Of a stretch of DNA of 64,000 nt, positions 47,838 to 56,472 are shown piece after piece (the first letter of the stretch is position 1; each line of letters starts with the position of its first letter). A model generated the notes under the pieces. The model saw only the letters and a list, made by a program, of their open reading frames with translations. It made no database searches and was not told the origin of the DNA. Made by a program: the position numbers and the translations under genes. This DNA is from Bdellovibrionota bacterium. GTDB taxonomy: Bacteria > Bdellovibrionota_C > UBA2361 > JBGSMV01. The stretch spans positions 1-64,000 of the forward strand of contig JBGSMV010000016.1 of NCBI GenBank assembly GCA_041739995.1, written 5' to 3'.

Positions 47838-48560
47838 TCAGTTCCCGGTCGCTGGTTCTTCCGTGACTGCTGCCGGAGATTGGCTCGCTTCAGTCTTAAC
47901 TTTGTCCGTCTTTGGTTTAGCAGTCTCAGCTTTAGCGGTTACGGGCTTGCTCGCCGCAGGCTTAGCAGGAGCTGCACTTGCACTCTTTGGAGCAGGCGTT
48001 ACCACCTTTTTCTTACCTGGCGCAAAAACGATGTGAATCATGCGGCCCGCAGTCGGTGATCTTTCATCCACTGTGGCTACATCGGACAGCTTTTCAACGA
48101 GTTGGTCGAATTTCTTTCTGCCAAGATCAAGATAAGCAATTTCTCGGCCTCTAAACCGCATGGAGAACTTGACCTTGTCGCCTTCTTCGAGAAACTCTCG
48201 TGCTTGCTTAAGCTTGGTGTCCAGGTCACCGACATCGGTAATGTAGCGAATGCGAAGTTCCTTTAGGACAGTTTCGGTACGCTTCTTGCGTGCTTCTGCT
48301 TCTTTCTTCTGTTCACGATATTTAAACTTCCCGTAATCCATTATACGACAGACGGGAGGATTTGCGCCGGGAGCTACTTCGACCAAGTCGAGCTCGGCCT
48401 TTTCTGAAATAGAGAGTGCATCTCGAATCGCCAATACCCCAAGTTGCTCGCCTTCATCAGAAACGACGCGCACTTCTCGGGCGGTGATTCTGTGGTTGAT
48501 TCGATGGGCGTCGGGGGGAAGATCACGTCGTGGAAAGCGGGGACCGCGGTTGAAAGCCAA
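47838..48560 (-). CDS. infC: Translation initiation factor IF-3
   Basis: RIN..I.A.EVR, LDLVEVAP.ANPPVCRIMDYGKFKY and GDKVK..MRFRGRE; TTG start after AGGAG. Confidence 0.97.
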   Translation of the reverse strand: MAFNRGPRFPRRDLPPDAHRINHRITAREVRVVSDEGEQLGVLAIRDALSISEKAELDLVEVAPGANPPVCRIMDYGKFKYREQKKEAEARKKRTETVLKELRIRYITDVGDLDTKLKQAREFLEEGDKVKFSMRFRGREIAYLDLGRKKFDQLVEKLSDVATVDERSPTAGRMIHIVFAPGKKKVVTPAPKSASAAPAKPAASKPVTAKAETAKPKTDKVKTEASQSPAAVTEEPATGN

Positions 48561-48830
48561 AAAAGAATTCTCCTAGAAAGTCTAAAATCAGAGGCTAAAA
48601 ACGCCTACGCTGCACAAAGGTTATATCGTAATTGGGCGAAAGGACTCAATCCGCCACCCTTCAGATGCGACGTTGTTTCTACTTTGACCTTCGACAGGGC
48701 GACATAGCTAGTAATTTAGAAGGGTTAGCACCCAGTTCCTCTACTGTGAGCCTCCTGTGATACACCAGGGCGAACCGAAATCGAGGCCTCGGGCGAGTCG
48801 GTTGGACCTTACTTCTTATATTTTTGCCGT

Positions 48831-49628
48831 ATGTTGAGACCAAAACGAATAGGCGTGTTCGATAGTGGGCTAGGCGGGCTCACCGTACTTCGGGCCCTCA
48901 TCGAAGCCTTTCCTTCTACTTCCTTCGTGTATCTCGGTGATACCGCAAGGACCCCGTACGGATCGAAGAGTCCTGAGGCTGTAGCGCGCTACTCCGTTGA
49001 GTGCGCCGAGTTTTTGGAGAAGCATTCGATCGACCTACTGGTTATCGCGTGTAACACCGCGTCGTCAGTTGCGATGGAGGCCGTGCGTTGCGCTGTTCAG
49101 TGTCCGGTCGTTGGGACGATTGAACCTTCACTTGATGAATGGGAGAGAAGGGAAGCGATCGAACCACTTTTGATTCTTGGCACCCGAGCGACGGTGCAAA
49201 GCGAAGCTTATCAGCAACGAATTCGTGCTCGGTTTCCTAAAAAACAGTTTCACGCGGTAGCTTGCCCTTTGTTTGTTCCGCTTGTTGAGGAAGGCGTATT
49301 CGACGGACCTCTCGTAGAGCAAGTATCTGAAATGTACCTTCGAGAGTTTAAGGTCGGGAGGGTCGGTTCTTTGATGCTTGCCTGTACTCACTATCCGCTT
49401 CTTATGGGCGCTTTGCAGAAATTCTTTGGTTCGAAGGTGTGGATAGTTGACTCAGCCAATGCAATTGCGCGCTCAATCGAGCGAAGCTACTCGCCGGAGG
49501 TGCAAAAGCAGACAGGGGAAAGAGTTTTCTATGTGACCGACGAGTCTACCCGATTTAGTGAGCTCGCTCGTCGATTTCTCGGAGACGATGGGCTTACTGC
49601 CACTAAAGTAGACGTCTCCTCACGCTAG
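48831..49628 (+). CDS. murI: Glutamate racemase
   Basis: IGVFDSGLGGLTV, PYGSKS, IACNTAS and LACTHYP. Confidence 0.97.
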   Translation: MLRPKRIGVFDSGLGGLTVLRALIEAFPSTSFVYLGDTARTPYGSKSPEAVARYSVECAEFLEKHSIDLLVIACNTASSVAMEAVRCAVQCPVVGTIEPSLDEWERREAIEPLLILGTRATVQSEAYQQRIRARFPKKQFHAVACPLFVPLVEEGVFDGPLVEQVSEMYLREFKVGRVGSLMLACTHYPLLMGALQKFFGSKVWIVDSANAIARSIERSYSPEVQKQTGERVFYVTDESTRFSELARRFLGDDGLTATKVDVSSR

Positions 49629-49962
49629 TGTTCCGTAACATACATAGACAATCAGCTTGGCGAGAAAGCGGAACACTAGAAAATATTTCCAATTTACTTC
49701 GGCCATTCTTGGCCGGACCTCAATACGCTCCAAGCTCAGCGTGGTGCCCTGTAGCCCCTCGCTTCGCTTCATCCGCTTCGCGAGGCAAGGCCTTTGACAT
49801 CCATGCGGATCTCCCGCTTGATAGGCCAGGAGAGTTGCGTGTAGAAAGTGACATTTTATACAGTATTAAAGGGCTAAATATAGCAAACTGTTCATCAATT
49901 ATGTTTTTATTGCCAAATTTTACATTATCGATCTTAGCCTATCGAAAGGGGAGATTCGATCT

Positions 49963-50535
49963 ATGTGTAGCCATGTGTCACCAGAAATTGGAATTCAGGT
50001 AAGCGACGAAAGGAGGACCGCTCCTGAACGGAGTGGTGCTCGAGGAAATTTGGAGCTCTTAGCCACGCCAAAGGGTGGGCAGTTTAGAGAGAAGGTCCTG
50101 GCTTCGGCTCCAAGCGATGTAATCAAGATCACCTGCATAGACTGGCGCGGCGGCGATCGGGGCGCTTATCTATTGACGTCGGCAGGAGCAGTCGTACATT
50201 CGGCTATGGTCGAAGACCTTGGTCTTGTACTCGCCGGGAAGAAAGCGCTCCTGTTGCAGGGCCATTCCGATTGCGCCAAGAGCAAGGCTGAATGTCCGCG
50301 ATTCTCAGGTGAGACAGATTCGCATTATGCCAAACGCGTCGATGAATGGAGTTTGGTACGCCTTTGGAGAAACGCAGGGCGGCTCTTGGACGTCCCAGAA
50401 GTTCAGAGAGCGATACTTGAAGATGGGCTTAAATTTTGTGTGGCCTTTCATGACGTGGCCAGGAACAAAGTGAAATTTTTTGAGAGGGAAACTGCGGAAT
50501 TGCTGGGGAGTCGTTTTGCTCTTAAAGCTGCGTAA
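49963..50535 (+). CDS. Divergent beta-carbonic anhydrase-like protein
   Basis: CIDWR (C-x-D-x-R) and GHSDC (H-x-x-C) zinc-ligand motifs. Confidence 0.6.
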   Translation: MCSHVSPEIGIQVSDERRTAPERSGARGNLELLATPKGGQFREKVLASAPSDVIKITCIDWRGGDRGAYLLTSAGAVVHSAMVEDLGLVLAGKKALLLQGHSDCAKSKAECPRFSGETDSHYAKRVDEWSLVRLWRNAGRLLDVPEVQRAILEDGLKFCVAFHDVARNKVKFFERETAELLGSRFALKAA

Positions 50536-50587
50536 GCGATGTGCTTTCGCTAATTTGTGCGTGACTTTGTACGCCGTTCCGGGTTCG

Positions 50588-50662
50588 CCACAGAGTTACG
50601 CAGAGGTTCACAGAGGAGGGACCTCTACCTCCTACCTCTGTGACCCCCTGAGTCCTCTGAGG
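50588..50662. repeat. REP-like imperfect palindrome
   Basis: Three CAGAG units facing CTCTG-like units; inner TCACAGAGG/CCTCTGTGA is perfect; lies between convergent genes. Confidence 0.65.
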
Positions 50663-50689
50663 TGCGACCTCTCCGATTCAGGATGTGGG

Positions 50690-51280
50690 TCACGGTGCTA
50701 CACGAGCAATCTCAAACTCTCGATCGTAAAGTTCAAGGAATGCTTCGCGCATATTGCCGTTGCAGCATGAGAGAATTTCGTCACAGACCTTGCGATCCTC
50801 TTCGGTCATCTCAGGTTTAAGCTTCCGCGCCAGTTCAAGGAATAGGGGCGGATTCACTCTCGTGGTGAAAATTGTCGGTAAAGGAACTGGTCGGTGTGCG
50901 CTCACAATCAGGCCCCGTTCCCCGAGAACAATTTTCGCGATCCTCCACACCAAGCTCCACCAAAGTTGATTCCCTTCAGCGACGCCGTCGTCGACTATGC
51001 AAACTGGCGATCTGATTGTCGCGAGTGACCAGAGGAAGTGCAGGCTGGGGAAGGGCTTTTCGGCAAGATGAATATAGGGAACAGGGATTCCAAGCTTGCG
51101 CTCGAGGTGAGTTTGCAGCTCGAACAGGAAAGTTGTTTTTCCTGTGCCATGAGGACCAATGATCGCTCCGCGAAAATTTAGTTCCTCGAGCCGGGCGCAA
51201 ATGCGATTCCAGTCAACCGACCGAAAAGGAAGTGAGTCTAGCTTACTGGTCCGAAATGGATTCGTCCTCGGAGTCATCAT
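50690..51280 (-). CDS. Small P-loop (AAA-like) NTPase
   Basis: NPF motif, Walker A GPHGTGKT, Walker B IVDD, C-terminal GNMRE...LYD. Confidence 0.75.
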   Translation of the reverse strand: MMTPRTNPFRTSKLDSLPFRSVDWNRICARLEELNFRGAIIGPHGTGKTTFLFELQTHLERKLGIPVPYIHLAEKPFPSLHFLWSLATIRSPVCIVDDGVAEGNQLWWSLVWRIAKIVLGERGLIVSAHRPVPLPTIFTTRVNPPLFLELARKLKPEMTEEDRKVCDEILSCCNGNMREAFLELYDREFEIARVAP

Positions 51281-51638
51281 CTTGTAGAGCACCCAAAATA
51301 ATTTCTTTGCCAGTGGGGGAGACAAAGAGGTCATAGCTCGCTTCCTCGTTTCCGGCGGTAGCTTCGAGGCGATAGGATACAGAGATGAGTTTACCCGAAA
51401 ACGAGTAAGGGCTTATTGGGAGACGAAACGAGAAGCTAAGAGAACCGCTTGAGCCTGGTGCTTTCCACGAAGTTGAATCGATGATTTCTGAGTGAGTCGA
51501 CCCACGGCCGTGCGTGAAAAAAAGCAAATGTAGCGTTACTTCTTCGGTTGCCCCGGATTGAGACACAGAGACTCGCCCGGCAATGCGCTCGCCTGGTTTA
51601 AAGTTGATAGAACCACCTTCGACTGATATTTCAAGCAT
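51243..51638 (-). CDS. Small arrestin/SpoOM-like beta-sandwich protein
   Basis: FKPGE.I.G.V, L.F.T.GRG and FSF.LP..PYSFSGKLISVSY.LEA. Confidence 0.6.
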   Translation of the reverse strand: MLEISVEGGSINFKPGERIAGRVSVSQSGATEEVTLHLLFFTHGRGSTHSEIIDSTSWKAPGSSGSLSFSFRLPISPYSFSGKLISVSYRLEATAGNEEASYDLFVSPTGKEIILGALQDDDSEDESISDQ

Positions 51639-51642
51639 CGTT

Positions 51643-52902
51643 TCAACGCCTCAATGGAAATACAGTAAACGGCATATCTTCCGAAATGTCGGGCCATCTA
51701 TCTATGCGACCATGACACTTCAGTGCCCACACGATTTCATTATTGGGAACTGACAATGAAGGTACCAGATTTTCAGGCACAGAGAATTGGAATCGACCCT
51801 GACGCATTTGAACTTCAGTCGCGCTCACCGAGCGAAGCTCTTTGGTATAAAATGTTTGAGTGTCGGTAACGGTGTCGGTCCCCCGTCGGTAGCGGGCCAC
51901 CTCTTTGCCTTCAAGTGAAAACACGAGATCTTTAAGTGAAGCGACTGAGCCGCGTTTGATCTTCCAAGCCACCTGAATCGGTCCGCTGAGTGCTTGAGGG
52001 TGCGGAGAAATTTCAATAGAGATGCGGGGATTAAATAGACCAAGGATTGAATATCCGACAAAAACAAGCAGGCCAATTCCCACTAGGGTGAACGGGACCA
52101 AGATTAGTGCGAGCACCCATTCTATCGAGCCGCTGTTCCAGTCTGCTATAAATTGAAATAGGAAAAACGAGACGAGGCCATTCCAAAACGCTGCAATTAG
52201 GAGAGCGCCGATGAGGCGAAGCATGGGCGAGGACTCGTGCGTCAAAGGGCCTTCGGTAACCTTGGCAATCCCAAGCATTTTCTCGCCACTATTGGCGGCG
52301 ACTGAAATCGAAGGAGCGAGATAATCAGTAGTGCTTACTGCAGCTAGAGAGTTTGATTTTGTACCTCCAGAGAAGCCTGTTTTGAATCCGGCATAGAGCA
52401 TCCCGAGACCTGCAAGGGGAAAGAGCAAGACCAGGAGGCCGGGAAGGATGATGCCATACCCGAGATCTCTATAGATCACAGACTCAGATGGATTATCGGA
52501 ATTCACATAGCAAGCTACTTTTGCGCCAACGGGGACGGTGTCTAGTCGATGTTGCTGCCCTTCTCGGCCGCCGCTGTACATTTCAGAGAAGTCAAATTTG
52601 TCACCGGTGTAGGAGCGATCGTTGAAGGTGAATCGGTAACGCACCGCGGGTCGATAGGTGTCTCCGTCGTCGCCGCTACTGGTCTCTAGAAAGCTTTCGG
52701 TAATTTGGCATGAAGCTTCAGACCAAGTCTGAGCGTCCATGGTTCTTAAGATCGGAGCTATTAAGACAAAGTATGTCCCTACAGATCCGATCGCCAAAAA
52801 GAGCAGGCCAGCAAGGAAAAGCACTATCGATGTGGAGCGGCCACGTCTTGCCGCATCTTTTGTAATGAGCCTAGAAGGAGTGGGGCGGGAGGATGGAACC
52901 AT
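51643..52902 (-). CDS. DUF3592-domain membrane protein
   Basis: W....C.I..S, Y.P.V.Y.F..N...Y.G and G..V.CYVN..NPSESV; further TM pair (FWNG) and a C-terminal beta domain. Confidence 0.8.
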   Translation of the reverse strand: MVPSSRPTPSRLITKDAARRGRSTSIVLFLAGLLFLAIGSVGTYFVLIAPILRTMDAQTWSEASCQITESFLETSSGDDGDTYRPAVRYRFTFNDRSYTGDKFDFSEMYSGGREGQQHRLDTVPVGAKVACYVNSDNPSESVIYRDLGYGIILPGLLVLLFPLAGLGMLYAGFKTGFSGGTKSNSLAAVSTTDYLAPSISVAANSGEKMLGIAKVTEGPLTHESSPMLRLIGALLIAAFWNGLVSFFLFQFIADWNSGSIEWVLALILVPFTLVGIGLLVFVGYSILGLFNPRISIEISPHPQALSGPIQVAWKIKRGSVASLKDLVFSLEGKEVARYRRGTDTVTDTQTFYTKELRSVSATEVQMRQGRFQFSVPENLVPSLSVPNNEIVWALKCHGRIDRWPDISEDMPFTVFPLRR

Positions 52903-53062
52903 GATGAGCAGATCTCCGCCCTAAACGTCCGAGGAGTCAAGGACGATTTCATTTGGGTCTCCAAATTCGATAAAAGCCATCTTCGGTTATACTTGAAGCG
53001 ATGTGCACTAACCGGGGCGCACTTTCGGAGTGCTGCGCTCATGTCTCTCTTCGCCTGAGGAC

Positions 53063-53398
53063 CTAATCCATTATATTTCCGTCATTGAAGAAGGTGCTTA
53101 TAAACGAACGCAGAATGAAGGCCCCGACCGCAATGACAAGGCAACTTATTGCCGCTCGATATTGCCCAAAAGCCGCACTAATAATGGCGATTAGTCCGGC
53201 AACCACCATTATCAAGGCTCCAAAACTTCCTTCAAGGTAACTTAGAATTGCATTCGAAGCGGCAGCGAAGCGCTGATCGTTGTACTCAATCTGCAGTCCC
53301 AGGTCTTGAGTGAGGCCGGGCGAGACTAGGCCTACGCTCAGAACTGAAACCCCAAACGCAAGCAGCGTGATTTGAGCTACGAACTTTATTGAACTCAT
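53063..53398 (-). CDS. TrbC/VirB2-like pilin
   Basis: Long signal peptide then two hydrophobic helices (G.FGALIMVVAGL.AI.SAAFG...A...L.IA.GAF). Confidence 0.55.
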   Translation of the reverse strand: MSSIKFVAQITLLAFGVSVLSVGLVSPGLTQDLGLQIEYNDQRFAAASNAILSYLEGSFGALIMVVAGLIAIISAAFGQYRAAISCLVIAVGAFILRSFISTFFNDGNIMD

Positions 53399-53438
53399 AA
53401 CGCCATCTTGAGTCCCACCACTCGTCTCGAAAAACGCT

Positions 53439-54515
53439 CTACATCAATCCGCGGGGGACCCCGCGAGCGATCAGCTTTTCCATTGCAGGAAGCATGAGCT
53501 CCTGCAGAGCTTCCGCCGCTGCACCCGCACCGCCGTGGAATTTTAAGCGATGCAGGAGCACAAACGGAGCAATGAATTTCAAATCGTCTTCTGTTGCGTA
53601 GTTACGTCCATTCACTATGGCCCACGATTTTAGCGCCGACTGCACCATCAGAGCCGCTCTGGTTGAGGCCCCAAACTGAATCAGAGGATTGCCACGAGTG
53701 GCGTGAACAATCTCAATAATCGCTTCTCGTAAATGTTTGTGTACTTGCACTGAGTCCACGGCCAGACGAGCAGAAATAATATCGCTGCGAGAACAGACCG
53801 CATCGATCGTTTCAGCCGTTTCCATCAAGGACGCATGTGACTCAAGAATGCGAAGCTCGGTTGCTTGGTCCACATACGACATGGGGATTTTTAGAATAAA
53901 TCTGTCGAGCTGCACGATTGGGAGCGGATACGTTCCTGCGATGTCCAATGGATTTTGAGTTCCCACTACAAAGAACAGATCGTCCAGGGGGTGGGTGACG
54001 TTGTCGAGGGTGACTTGTTTCTCGGCCATACACTCGAGAAACGCTGCTTGTACTTTCGGGCCGGTGCGGTTGATCTCGTCTGCCAGAACTATGTGGGCAA
54101 ATACCGGTCCATGCATGAAGTGAAACTGCCCGCTTTTTGGATCAAAGACGTTCACTCCGAGCACATCACCAGGGAGCAAGTCGGGAGTGAATTGGATGCG
54201 GCGAAAAGGCAAAATATGATCGGCCACGAGGCCGTGGGCCGATGCACCCTTATCGGAGGATATGAGGCGCCCAAGCGTTTTGGTGAGGGTCGTCTTTCCT
54301 GAACCAGGATAGTCTTCAAGCAGCACGTGCCCATCTGCAAGCAGAGCGGTCACGAGTAGTCGAATGGTGTCCTCTCGGCCTTGAATAACGCGACCAAGCC
54401 CGTCTCTCAAGCGACGGGCTACGTCTATGGCCTGCGCATAGTCCGCTGCCTGCGGCGCAGAGCTTGTGCCGTTGGCGTCTACGCCTGTTGAAGTCGGTGT
54501 TGAGGAGTAGTTCAT
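53439..54515 (-). CDS. moxR: MoxR-family AAA+ ATPase
   Basis: GHVLLEDYPGSGKT, RIQFTPDLLPGD, LADEINR, TQNP and GTYPLP..QLDRF. Confidence 0.95.
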   Translation of the reverse strand: MNYSSTPTSTGVDANGTSSAPQAADYAQAIDVARRLRDGLGRVIQGREDTIRLLVTALLADGHVLLEDYPGSGKTTLTKTLGRLISSDKGASAHGLVADHILPFRRIQFTPDLLPGDVLGVNVFDPKSGQFHFMHGPVFAHIVLADEINRTGPKVQAAFLECMAEKQVTLDNVTHPLDDLFFVVGTQNPLDIAGTYPLPIVQLDRFILKIPMSYVDQATELRILESHASLMETAETIDAVCSRSDIISARLAVDSVQVHKHLREAIIEIVHATRGNPLIQFGASTRAALMVQSALKSWAIVNGRNYATEDDLKFIAPFVLLHRLKFHGGAGAAAEALQELMLPAMEKLIARGVPRGLM

Positions 54516-54519
54516 GTGA

Positions 54520-56472
54520 TTACTCTAGTGTTAGTTGAAATACCTTGTTCGACAGATCTACGAGCGCGGCTTCCATGCTTGAGCCGGTCCCAGTTGCGCC
54601 ACCAAAGCCGGTAGACGATTTGCTCTCACTAGACCGGCCAGCCACGGGAATTAGTGAAAGCTCATGCTTCTCACCCTTCTCAGAGTGCTGAATCACATAT
54701 TGAACCGCTTTGGCCTCATGAGGCAAGAACGGGCTTCGCTCGAGGATTCCAAGAACCTCGTCAGAGAGGCCAGCGGCGCGCACGGGGAGCTGTAATCCAT
54801 GGTTTCGTAGTGCGGGGCGCGAAAGGGAAAAGACTGAGTTCGCAAGCTTTACGTATTCTGTGGAGCTAGAATCCAGAAGGGTGAGCTTAACCACCATGGC
54901 TCTTAATGCCAGCGCATCATCGAACTGCGGTCGGGCCGTTTTGAGCGTGTGATTGAGCAGGCTTAAGGCTTCTGCTTCATTTCCGTTGAACGCTGCCTTT
55001 TCTGCGCGATAAAGCCGATAAAAATTCCGAGCCACTGGGCGGGCATCGCGAGATTCCTCTGCCTGAATACGAGCCTCAAGCGCACTGCTGGGGAGGCGCG
55101 CCAGCACCTCACCGAACGTTGGATACTCGAGCATGCTATCGGTATTTCGAATGAAGAGATCTTCGATGTTGCGCAGGTCTTCTATGAGAACTTGTCGGGC
55201 GCGACGCATCAACCACCAAGCTTCTACCGAATTCTCAAAGGATTCCGTCGCGAAGCGAACTCGATCCCAGGTGTGCTCAATCGGAGCCACGGACAGCATA
55301 TCACTGCGTCTTAGTAGGGCTTGTGCGAGTGAAACGCTTGCAGCAGCCCTTAGGTCGTCTTGACTGGTTCCGATTTTTCCAAACCACTGACGCTTTGCAA
55401 GCACTTCGCGGAAGTGACCAATTGCTTCGGGCACGTGTCCTGACAATAGCGCGATGCGCCCGCGCACTAAGTGCACCAAGGCGCGGTGCTCTTCACCGTT
55501 GCGCAGCGGGAACTGAGCGACGCAGCCCTCGAAGCTATCAATGGTGCGCTTTGCGGTGCTGTAGTTCAGCTCATCAAGATAAAGTTTCGCTAGGTTGAGA
55601 CTCGGCAGTACATGTTCACAGCCGTCGGGGAGCGACAGCGCTCGTGAGTAGGAGTTCTGAGAGAGGGCCTCGTTAAAAATTTCCTCATAGACTTCGCCTA
55701 CATTGTTTAGAGGCGTCGCCGGTTGGCCAAGTTTTCCGAGGGAAAACTCGTACGAGATTGCTTGGCGAAACACTTCAATTGATCCAGAGCGATCTCCAGT
55801 CATCGAAAGCAGAATGCCAAGCATGTTAAGGGTTCGACCCATTTCTGCGCCGCTGAACACGCCGCGTCGAGCTTCGCGCACTGCTTCATCGAGTCGCCCA
55901 AGCTTCATTAAGATCCAGGCGCGACTTCCCGGATACCACTCGGCAAAATATCCATAGCCGGTAAATTCATCGAGCGTGTCGAGCGCGCCTGCATAGTCAT
56001 CAAGGCTCAAACGTGCCTGGGAAAGGAGATACAGTATGCGCTGGTGCTGCTGCCGGGTTGTTTCGATAAAGTACGGCGGTGGACCCTGCTTTTCATAAAA
56101 TAAATTCTGCCCCTGCTTTATGTAGCGCAGCGCAAGGTTGAAGTGCCCTACATGCACCATGTAGTAGCCAGCAAGCAGCAGGTGTGCTCTGTATTCTTTG
56201 GGATCTTTCTGCAGAATTTTAAGCAGCTTCGTTCGTGCATCCAAAGGTCTGTCATCATCAAGCAAGAGAGTGCTCTCAAACAGCAGCTCTTCGACGGATT
56301 TTTGTTCGTCATCGCCAAAATCAAGCGGCTTTTCGAAGATGCTAAACGGATCGAGGGGATCTACCGGGTCTCCCACGTCGGCGGAGGCGAGTGAGCAGAA
56401 GATTACTAACGCTGAGGCCAGACAGAACAGAGTCTTCGGGAGCGCTGTGCATAATGTAGGAAGTCTCCTCAC
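54520..56472 (-). CDS. Exported TPR-repeat protein
   Basis: Signal-like segment and several TPR-like helical repeats; GTG at 56472 overlaps the upstream TGA (GTGA). Confidence 0.75.
   Translation of the reverse strand: MRRLPTLCTALPKTLFCLASALVIFCSLASADVGDPVDPLDPFSIFEKPLDFGDDEQKSVEELLFESTLLLDDDRPLDARTKLLKILQKDPKEYRAHLLLAGYYMVHVGHFNLALRYIKQGQNLFYEKQGPPPYFIETTRQQHQRILYLLSQARLSLDDYAGALDTLDEFTGYGYFAEWYPGSRAWILMKLGRLDEAVREARRGVFSGAEMGRTLNMLGILLSMTGDRSGSIEVFRQAISYEFSLGKLGQPATPLNNVGEVYEEIFNEALSQNSYSRALSLPDGCEHVLPSLNLAKLYLDELNYSTAKRTIDSFEGCVAQFPLRNGEEHRALVHLVRGRIALLSGHVPEAIGHFREVLAKRQWFGKIGTSQDDLRAAASVSLAQALLRRSDMLSVAPIEHTWDRVRFATESFENSVEAWWLMRRARQVLIEDLRNIEDLFIRNTDSMLEYPTFGEVLARLPSSALEARIQAEESRDARPVARNFYRLYRAEKAAFNGNEAEALSLLNHTLKTARPQFDDALALRAMVVKLTLLDSSSTEYVKLANSVFSLSRPALRNHGLQLPVRAAGLSDEVLGILERSPFLPHEAKAVQYVIQHSEKGEKHELSLIPVAGRSSESKSSTGFGGATGTGSSMEAALVDLSNKVFQLTLE

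Noticed and set aside
49628..50002. 124-aa ORF after murI
   Set aside because: No recognisable motif; it crosses an AT-rich promoter-like tract and overlaps the next gene.
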